32,000 bases of DNA. Source: an uncultured delta proteobacterium (GTDB lineage: Bacteria > Desulfobacterota > Desulfobacteria > Desulfobacterales > JAFDCJ01). Positions 16,912 through 23,853 of the stretch are shown here, one piece after another. The notes under the pieces were generated by a model, which was not told the DNA's origin, made no database searches, and saw only the letters and a list, made by a program, of their open reading frames with translations. Within the stretch, counting starts at the first letter, position 1. Each line of letters opens with the position of its first letter. Position numbers and translations under genes: made by a program. Location: positions 16,960 through 48,959 of the forward strand of contig CAVXZZ010000037.1 in the NCBI GenBank assembly GCA_963766255.1. Direction: 5' to 3'.

Positions 16912-16995
16912 TTTTTCTATCTCAGATATGCTGGACCGCTTCTCATTACCTTGTGGCATCCAATAAATTCTTAACCGCGTATAGCAGGAAAATTT

Positions 16996-18207
16996 ATGCC
17001 AAAACCAGTTCTAGTTATTTCTACTCTGGATACCAAGGGGCAGGAGACCCTGTATCTCAAAGACAAATTAAGCGCCATCGGATTATCGCCCGTTGTAATG
17101 GACATCTCCGGGCGCGGCAGTGATATTGCCGGAATCGATGTTCCTGCGGCCCGTGTCGCGGAAGCGGGCGGCGGCGACTTTGAAGAAATGAAAAATTCCC
17201 GCGATCGAACCCGCATCACCAACATCATGATGGCAGGCGGTGCCCAGATTGCAGCTGATTTGCTGGCCGGGGGAAAGCTCGCCGGGGTTATTGCCCTGGG
17301 GGGATCAACGGGTTCTTTGATGGGCTCCGAGATAATGAGGTCACTGCCCTTCGGGATTCCCAAAGTGATGATTTCATCGACAGCTGCCCTGCCCGGTCTA
17401 TCCACCCGCTACATCGGGACCGGGGATATCGCCCTCTTCCATTCGGTGGTCGAAATATCCGGCGTTTCCAATCTGCTTAAAAATGTCATGGACCGCGCAG
17501 CCCACGCTTTAGCGGGAATGGTTGCCGATGATATCTCCTCACCCAAGGCTGAAAAGGGCAAAGCCATTGCCCTGACCATGCTGGGACCCTGTGAAAAATG
17601 CGCCAGTGCGGTGCGAATGGCATTGGAGCAGCACGGTTATCAGGTCATCGGATTTTCAGCCGCCGGCATAGGCGACCGCGCCATGGAAGACATGATCGCA
17701 GCAGGTTTTTTCCAGGGTGTCATCGATCTGGCACCGGGTGGTGTCGGCGAACATCACTTCGGTTTTATGCGGGATGCCGGCCCCCATCGTCTGGAAACCG
17801 CCGGGAAATCAGGCATCCCCCAGATTATTTCCACCTGCAGCGTAAACCACATGACCCCGGCCCGGTCCAAGTATAAATCGGAATACCACGAACGGCGCAA
17901 GTTCGATCTGGACAAATTGCGCACCTGGATCCGGCTGTCCCCTGATGAGTTAAAAGAGGTTGCCGGCATTTTTGCCGAAAAACTGAACCAGGCCAAAGGG
18001 CCGGTAACCGTCATAATCCCGACGGATGGATGGTCGGCAGCGGATTTACCCGGCAACGACACCCATGACCCGGCCGAAGACCGACTTTTTATTGAAGTGT
18101 TGCGGGAAAAACTCAAACCCGATGTTCAAATACTGGAAGTTGATGCCAACATGGAAGATCCCGAGTTTGCCAAAGCAGTGGTTGAAAACGCGTTAAAAAT
18201 ATTTTAA
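16996..18207 (+). CDS. UPF0261 family protein (Tm-1 N-terminal-like), intact copy 2, embedded in the UbiD/UbiX cluster
   Basis: 403-aa ORF that is collinear with 5435-6661 (ISTLDTKGQE, ALGGSTGS, GIPKVMISS, VIIPTDGWSAADLPGNDTHDPAED). It ends 35 nt before ubiX. Confidence 0.75.
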   Translation: MPKPVLVISTLDTKGQETLYLKDKLSAIGLSPVVMDISGRGSDIAGIDVPAARVAEAGGGDFEEMKNSRDRTRITNIMMAGGAQIAADLLAGGKLAGVIALGGSTGSLMGSEIMRSLPFGIPKVMISSTAALPGLSTRYIGTGDIALFHSVVEISGVSNLLKNVMDRAAHALAGMVADDISSPKAEKGKAIALTMLGPCEKCASAVRMALEQHGYQVIGFSAAGIGDRAMEDMIAAGFFQGVIDLAPGGVGEHHFGFMRDAGPHRLETAGKSGIPQIISTCSVNHMTPARSKYKSEYHERRKFDLDKLRTWIRLSPDELKEVAGIFAEKLNQAKGPVTVIIPTDGWSAADLPGNDTHDPAEDRLFIEVLREKLKPDVQILEVDANMEDPEFAKAVVENALKIF

Positions 18208-18242
18208 TATGGGACACAGATAAATAACGACAAGAGGTTGTC

Positions 18243-18848
18243 ATGAACAAACGATTAGTTGTTGGAATATCAGGTGCCAGCGGGGTGACCTATGGCGTCA
18301 GGTTACTGCAGGTGCTTCAAGATACGGATTATGAAACCCATTTGATCATTTCAAAATCCGGTGAGTTAAATATCCAAATTGAAACGGATTATGATCCGGC
18401 TGATGTTAAAGCCATGGCCGATTATGTCTACGATCACAAAAACATCGCGGCATCCCTGGCCAGCGGATCCTTTTTGACCGCCGGCATGGTGGTGGTGCCG
18501 TGCACCATCAAGACCCTGTCGGGAATTGCCAACTCCTACAACGAAAACCTGCTGGTAAGAGCGGCCGACGTGACCTTGAAGGAAAAACGTAAATTAGCGC
18601 TGGTAGTCAGGGAAACCCCGCTGCACAAAGGGCATCTGCGATTATTGACCATGGCCGCCGACATGGGCGCCCATATCCTGCCCCCGGTGCCCTCCTTTTA
18701 CCACATGCCCAAGACCATCGAAGATATAATCGATCAAACCATCGGCAAAATTTTCGACTTCATGGGCATCGAGCACAATCTTTTCAACCGCTGGGGGGAA
18801 GAATCGAAAAATGCCGGGAAAAACGGCTCGCCGTTGAAGGCGGTTTAG
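18243..18848 (+). CDS. ubiX: Flavin prenyltransferase UbiX (prFMN synthase)
   Basis: 201-aa ORF containing RLVVGISGASGVTYGVRLLQ, VVVPCTIKTLSGIA and RAADVTLKEKRKLALVVRETPL. This is the classical UbiX/Pad1 pattern. Confidence 0.9.
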   Translation: MNKRLVVGISGASGVTYGVRLLQVLQDTDYETHLIISKSGELNIQIETDYDPADVKAMADYVYDHKNIAASLASGSFLTAGMVVVPCTIKTLSGIANSYNENLLVRAADVTLKEKRKLALVVRETPLHKGHLRLLTMAADMGAHILPPVPSFYHMPKTIEDIIDQTIGKIFDFMGIEHNLFNRWGEESKNAGKNGSPLKAV

Positions 18849-18893
18849 CACAAGCCGTCATATGAGATGATTATTTGAGATATGGAAGAATGT

Positions 18894-19319
18894 TTATTTC
18901 CGATCTTCTACTTTGATCTCCATCGCGATGTGTCCCCAGCCCCCGCATTGGATACCCACGTCGAAACAGCCGACCCGGTTCAGTCTCATATCGTTGGGGT
19001 CTATCCCCGCATAAAACAGCTCATTAACAACAACCATGGGGCCGGAAAGGACACTCAGCGCGTGAACACATATACGCTTGGGATTCAATTTGGTTATCAG
19101 GTTTCCGGCGCCGTCAAAATAGAATTTATCACCGACATGATGTTGACTGGCGCATCCATGTGATGCGACGACTTCAGCAACAATGGTTTTATTCATTAAG
19201 TCGGGCGCTTTTGACATGATTTCTACGTTCTTGGGATTACTGCGAAATTTTTCCAGTTCCTCATCGGTATATCCAAGATGCTGCTGCATGAATTTCCAGG
19301 TCTCTTCATTAACTTCCAT
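18894..19319 (-). CDS. Small Cys/His-containing conserved protein, possibly TIGR04076-like
   Basis: 141-aa ORF. The C-terminal 95 aa (HGCASQHHVGDKFYFD...RICVHAL...VGCFDVGIQCGGWGHIAMEIKV) resemble the TIGR04076 pattern as I recall it. It starts 3 nt after the HD gene ends. Confidence 0.4.
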   Translation of the reverse strand: MEVNEETWKFMQQHLGYTDEELEKFRSNPKNVEIMSKAPDLMNKTIVAEVVASHGCASQHHVGDKFYFDGAGNLITKLNPKRICVHALSVLSGPMVVVNELFYAGIDPNDMRLNRVGCFDVGIQCGGWGHIAMEIKVEDRK

Positions 19320-19322
19320 TTA

Positions 19323-19961
19323 TCATCTCCTTTTTTGAATATCCTCCAATTTTTCTAAGAGCCTCTCGATATTTTTCTGCTTCTCTTTATCTCTCATTTT
19401 TTTCTGGGACTCGGTATAATATTGATGGTTGGTTATAACTGCCAGTGTACCCTGGTACCATTTTTCATCATCACTGACATCGATCCCCCTTATCCGCCGC
19501 CCTTCCCTTAACTTTCCATCCAATTCGAAAAAATCCTCCCGGCCGAAGTGGTCGAGATCGGCATCACAAAGAATCTTCTCCACATGGGTCTGCGGTTTTA
19601 CCGCAAGATCGGTTGCCAGTATCATTTTCTGGATCTTTTCGATTTCGTCCGGCTTGTAGCCGATCAATTTAAGAATTCTGCCTGCCATGCGAGCGGCTAT
19701 GGGCTCATTGGGTGCATATTCTCTTATATAACCCGAGTCATGAAAATAGGCTGCAGTTAGAAGCAATTCCCTATCATGATCTGAAATCTTCTCGGATAGG
19801 GCAATACGGTTCGCAGAAGCAACCACGCCCTTGGTGGGATGAAGGGTATGCTTGGCATCATGATATTTCAGTCCGCGGATCAACTCATCTTTGAATAAAT
19901 CCCGAATATACTCATCCACGACTTTCAGCCGGGGTGTGTGGGGCTTGTAATATGGATTCAT
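19323..19961 (-). CDS. HD-domain phosphohydrolase
   Basis: 212-aa ORF with KYHDAKHT, AAYFHDSGY and CDADLDHFG. Confidence 0.7.
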   Translation of the reverse strand: MNPYYKPHTPRLKVVDEYIRDLFKDELIRGLKYHDAKHTLHPTKGVVASANRIALSEKISDHDRELLLTAAYFHDSGYIREYAPNEPIAARMAGRILKLIGYKPDEIEKIQKMILATDLAVKPQTHVEKILCDADLDHFGREDFFELDGKLREGRRIRGIDVSDDEKWYQGTLAVITNHQYYTESQKKMRDKEKQKNIERLLEKLEDIQKRR

Positions 19962-20213
19962 ATCTAAACCTGTATTAATTTTGCTTATGTTGGATTTTTA
20001 ACAGAAACGCTGTACCAGATGAGAGGCAAAACTTGATTCAGTAGTTAGAAAACCGCTTCAGGTCAGGTAGAATAGGTGCTTCAGCAATTGATTAACTTCG
20101 TTTATAAACAAATCGATGGCATTTAGTCAATCATAATTGAGGGAACGGAAAATGGCGAGCCAATAAATCCTGATATGAGCAACTGCTGATACACTGGACG
20201 GCCATCTGTAAAG

Positions 20214-20248
20214 CAAAAAAAGGCAGTGCCGAACTTGGCCCTGCCTTT
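20214..20248 (-). terminator. Intrinsic terminator after the His/Gly-rich protein gene
   Basis: The stem is aaggcag (20220-20226) / ctgcctt (20241-20247), with 3 further inner pairs. On the minus strand the hairpin is followed by a run of 7 T (plus-strand A-run 20215-20221). Confidence 0.6.
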
Positions 20249-20299
20249 AATTGAGGAACTCTTTAATTTCTTTGATAGTTGGAAACCTAAATGATTAAT

Positions 20300-20941
20300 C
20301 TATTTATTCTTACCGCCCTTGCCGCCTCCATTACCGCCGCCTTCGCCACCCCCATTGCCACCGCCGTGACCACCACCGCGATTGCTGCTTTTGTTTTTGC
20401 TATGTCCTAACGCAAGTCCTTTGCCTTGATTATTCTGGCGGCTGTCGGCATAGGCTATATCAGAATCTTTTTGCACCATTTTCGCTTTGGATTTCATACC
20501 TGAATGTTTTGAGTGATGAACGCTCTCTTCGAAAGATTTTGGAGAATGACCCAATCCCAGCACAGAAGGATGTAAGTCGTAATTATACTCTCTATTTATT
20601 TTATGTACGATATCCCCCCAACCCATGCCGGCGGCTCGCATACGTGTAATCTGCCGGGAAATCGTCTCCACTTGCTCACGATAAACCGCTCTGGCGGCTT
20701 TATAGCGCCCAAGCTCAATTAACTCAATAACTTTAGGGTCTTGCAACGCGGCCTGTCTGGCAACATTGTCTGCATGCTGAGCCTGGGCAGCGTTCTGAAA
20801 TGTCACTTCAGGTTCATCAGCCCTCAGGTCAGTTAACCCGAACCAAGCAACCATAGAAATACAGACGAAAAAGACTAGAAGCAAATATTTTGCGGAAATT
20901 TTCAATTTGTTTTTTTCTGCTGATAACAGCTCAATCATCAT
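20300..20941 (-). CDS. Exported protein of unknown function with His-rich middle and Gly-rich C-terminal tail
   Basis: 213-aa ORF with a strong SD (gagggaggaaaa). An N-terminal hydrophobic segment (YLLLVFFVCISMVAWFGL) could be a signal or anchor. The motifs GLGHSPK and GLALGHSKNK are repeated, and the tail is GGGHGGGNGGGEGGGNGGGKGGKNK. Confidence 0.6.
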   Translation of the reverse strand: MMIELLSAEKNKLKISAKYLLLVFFVCISMVAWFGLTDLRADEPEVTFQNAAQAQHADNVARQAALQDPKVIELIELGRYKAARAVYREQVETISRQITRMRAAGMGWGDIVHKINREYNYDLHPSVLGLGHSPKSFEESVHHSKHSGMKSKAKMVQKDSDIAYADSRQNNQGKGLALGHSKNKSSNRGGGHGGGNGGGEGGGNGGGKGGKNK

Positions 20942-21171
20942 TTTCCTCCCTCAATATCAGGATAAGTTTCGGCTTTTTGGAAAATCAATTTAATTCTTAG
21001 CAAGCAAAAATCATGCAAACATTTGGTCGTAACGGACAATCATTTAATATCAGGTGGTTAGCTCAAAATAGTTGAAATCTATGGAAAAACATAAGAAAAA
21101 AAGTAAACAAAAGGGGTATATTTTTTTCACAGCTGCAATAAAGGGGGGGATTCCATTTTGATCAATTAAAT

Positions 21172-21307
21172 GAGCAGTCGGGGAGTTTTTCCCGTCTTAC
21201 CCTCAAATGCGAGCATCGGGAGGCAGCCAGAAAAGCCGACAAACATATTCTGGATTCCAGCCTTTGCGGGAATGACAAGGAGTGAATGAAAAACTCCCCG
21301 ACCCCTC
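21172..21307. mobile_element. 136-bp MITE-like derivative carrying the termini of the adjacent IS
   Basis: The left end gagcagtcggggagttt (21172-21188) and right end aaactccccgacccctc (21291-21307) match the IS inverted repeats. There is no coding capacity. Confidence 0.6.
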
Positions 21308-21376
21308 AGATATATACAGTTCAAACTATAAGGCAGAGCAACTGAATGACTCTGCCTTTTAGGTGATTAATTATTT

Positions 21377-22528
21377 GAGGGGTCGGGGAGTTTATCCCAA
21401 AACCCGCTCTTTGATATTCCAAGTTGATTTACCTAGTTTAAATGCTTCGAGTTGATGCATTTGGATAGTCAAACCCATTGCTGCGAACAACCAGCGGTTA
21501 TTTTCATCACCGCGCATCCAGCAACGGTTTAACTCGAAAATATCTTTTACCAATCCTTGCATGGGCTCGACTTTAAACGATCTTTCACGGTAGATCTTTT
21601 TATGTTTTTTCTTTTTCATAAACTTGATCATCTTTTTTCGGTGCGGCGACTTATCCATGTTTTCACGACACCAAGTAATCAAGTTTATTTTACGTTGTCT
21701 TTGAACTCTCGAAATAAATCGAAATCGTCAGCTTTGGAGTCCATGGCAACGTAGTCAAGCTGATCTTTGATATGAAAAGTTTCAAGCCACATGCGCTTGG
21801 CTTCACTGGCAGAGTTTTTCATCCATACAAAACAGCCCAAAACAGGGTGCTGATGTGAAGTCAATGAAAATGAACCATGGCCATAAACCCACCCATCGGC
21901 ATTTGATTTACACCAAGTCGCTTGTTGGTCCAGACCGCGCAGGCCCTTGGGGATAAAGCCTTTTTCCTTATGTTTTTTGTGCCAAACAGGGCCTTTGGCT
22001 TTGTTCATCATTTTATCAGCGCTGATGATGTTGTCTTTACTCAAGCTCAGGAAATAGCTGAAAAATGAACGCTGCTGGTTTTCCAGGGAAATGACGGATT
22101 TTTTTTAAACGCTCTCGCAGTTGTCTTTCGCTAATCGGCGTTAAATCTAATCCTTGTGCTATCACGTCCCAATATTTAGTAGCAGTTTTATGAATCTGTA
22201 CATATGTTTTGATTTTCAACTTTACTGACAAAATAGCGATGAACATAATCAACCACTCAGGATATTTGAAATTCGGTCCACGCTCACCCATTCTTTGTGG
22301 ATCCGGGAAATCAGTTTCATCTAAAAAGGCCCTGAAATCATTGCGGGTTTCACGAATCCAGCGGGTTGAAATTTTGTTCGATTTTATGCCCATGAATAAT
22401 CTCCTTTGTTATTGAATTTATTGAGATTATTCATAACAATTACAAAAGCTTATGTCTAGTTATATTTTTGCATTAATATTAATAAGTTACGGTCGGTGGC
22501 AGAGTTCTAAAAAACTCCCCGACCCCTC
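21377..22528 (-). mobile_element. 1152-bp insertion sequence (IS4/IS5-superfamily DDE type) with an 8-bp target-site duplication
   Basis: The terminal inverted repeats are perfect 17-mers: gaggggtcggggagttt (21377-21393) and aaactccccgacccctc (22512-22528). The element is flanked by direct aattattt at 21369-21376 and 22529-22536. It is inserted 7 nt after the mscL stop codon. Confidence 0.8.
21392..22393 (-). pseudogene. DDE transposase split over three reading frames
   Basis: ORFs 22393-22037, 22044-21685 and 21682-21392 are contiguous. A YRERSFKVEPMQGLVK (Y-x2-R-x4-E-x6-K) signature and AMDSKADD are present. The frame changes sit at a T5 run (about 22056-22060) and an A4 run (about 21688-21691). 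A good SD (aaggag) precedes the first ATG. Confidence 0.7.
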
Positions 22529-22543
22529 AATTATTTAGGTTGC

Positions 22544-22990
22544 CTACAACTCTGATGTACAAAAACCACATCGGGTAGCTTTGATGGAAATTTCTGAAAA
22601 ACAGTGGGGGCATTCCTTAGTGGTTGGCTCTTCCGGTGGCGCTTCTTCTTGTTTCTTCATATTGTTTAAACCTTTGATTAGGAGAAAAACAGCAAAGGCA
22701 ACAATCAGAAAGCTGATTATGGTATTAAGAAACATGCCATAATTAATGGTGACCGCTCCGGCCTTCTGAGCCTCCGCCACAGTGGCAAATGATCCGGCAA
22801 CCGCGCCCTCTTTAATAACAACGAATAGATTTGAAAAATCGACATTCCCAAGCAGCAGACCGATCGGGGGCATAATCACATCTGCAACCAGCGATTTGAC
22901 GATGGTACCGAAAGCTGCACCGATAATAATGCCGACAGCCATATCAACGACATTGCCCCTCATTGCAAATTCTTTAAATTCTTTAAACAT
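22544..22990 (-). CDS. mscL: Large-conductance mechanosensitive channel MscL with C-terminal CxxC-x10-CxxC zinc-ribbon tail
   Basis: 148-aa ORF with [24 protein letters not shown]...PPIG and two TM helices. The tail is [24 protein letters not shown]. Confidence 0.9.
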   Translation of the reverse strand: MFKEFKEFAMRGNVVDMAVGIIIGAAFGTIVKSLVADVIMPPIGLLLGNVDFSNLFVVIKEGAVAGSFATVAEAQKAGAVTINYGMFLNTIISFLIVAFAVFLLIKGLNNMKKQEEAPPEEPTTKECPHCFSEISIKATRCGFCTSEL

Positions 22991-23156
22991 ATAAATTCTC
23001 CTTTCGTTGCCTAATATTCTTGTGGATTCTATGCCTCAACTTGAGCTACATCAGATATAGGTTGATGTCAAACAATTATCCAAATAGGACATTTAGAGCT
23101 ATCTGAATTCTTGCAATAGTAAAGAGAGTGAACTAAGAGCTGGCCTTTTCAACCCC

Positions 23157-23546
23157 CTAATTAAAAAGCTTTTGATCTTCATAAACCGTATGGCCAACAA
23201 ACCAATCTGTTAAAAAGCCAAGGAACTGCCCCACAGATATCAAACCTTTTTTTAAATCTTCAGCATGATGATTAAACTCCTCAAGGAGTTCTAAGTGACG
23301 CTGATGGTGACTACTGACTCCTTGGAGATCACAGGATGTCGCTATATTCTCCTCTGAAGTAAAATGAAAATCAGCGTACTTCCTTAACTCGCTTATCAGG
23401 TTTTGTGTATAAGCAGCATCATCGGTTTCTTTAAAATTTTTCCCGACGCGGTTTATCAGGTCCACAAAAAAGCGATGCTGTAAATCGACATTTTTATTGC
23501 CGGTCTCAAAATTTGATTCCCATTCTAATTCCATAATTGCTTCCAA
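23157..23546 (-). CDS. Bacteriohemerythrin (hemerythrin-like metal-binding protein)
   Basis: 129-aa ORF with W-x5-G-x3-D-x-QH (WESNFETGNKNVDLQH), HFTSEE, HHQRH and WFVGH...D iron-ligand motifs. Confidence 0.85.
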   Translation of the reverse strand: MEAIMELEWESNFETGNKNVDLQHRFFVDLINRVGKNFKETDDAAYTQNLISELRKYADFHFTSEENIATSCDLQGVSSHHQRHLELLEEFNHHAEDLKKGLISVGQFLGFLTDWFVGHTVYEDQKLFN

Positions 23547-23574
23547 TTGGCAGGGCGTCTGCGAAAGAAAAAAT

Positions 23575-23760
23575 CCCCTTATCCCGCTTCTGGCAACCTG
23601 TTTTCAAAGGGGAGAAATTGAATGGGGACTTCCCTATCCAAAGTAGGGCGGGCCACCGTGCCCGCCTTTAAGGGAGGTTACATTCTAAATTTTGGAAGGT
23701 GGGTCCTTTCCTGGATGTTCCCCCCTTTGGAAAAGGGGGGCCAGGGGGGATTTTGAACAC
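23575..23760. repeat. Cluster of cccc-ttt/aaa-gggg type palindromic repeats
   Basis: Examples are ccccccttt-gga-aaagggggg (23720-23740), gggcgggc...gcccgcc (23646-23666) and ttttcaaaggggag (about 23611-23624). The ORFs called across this region (23685-23933, 23699-23992) look like translated repeats. Confidence 0.45.
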
Positions 23761-23853
23761 CGATCAGACAGAGCAATTTTCTGATATTTGCTATTGTTGC
23801 ATCTATTTTTTGCCGGAAGTGGCCATACTTTTCGTTGATAACTGCTTATCAGA

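Noticed and set aside
21685-22060. Programmed ribosomal frameshifting as the explanation for the three-frame transposase.
   Set aside because: Two frame changes in different directions are needed. Neither site has a slippery heptamer of the A-AAA-AAG type, and neither has a downstream structure. Mutation or sequencing error at T5/A4 runs is simpler.
23548-23563. A sigma54-like motif, tggcagg-gcgt-ctgc, on the plus strand.
   Set aside because: No credible plus-strand gene lies downstream; the next ORFs are translated repeats. No enhancer-binding protein is nearby. The motif sits directly at the start of the minus-strand hemerythrin gene. It is probably a chance match.
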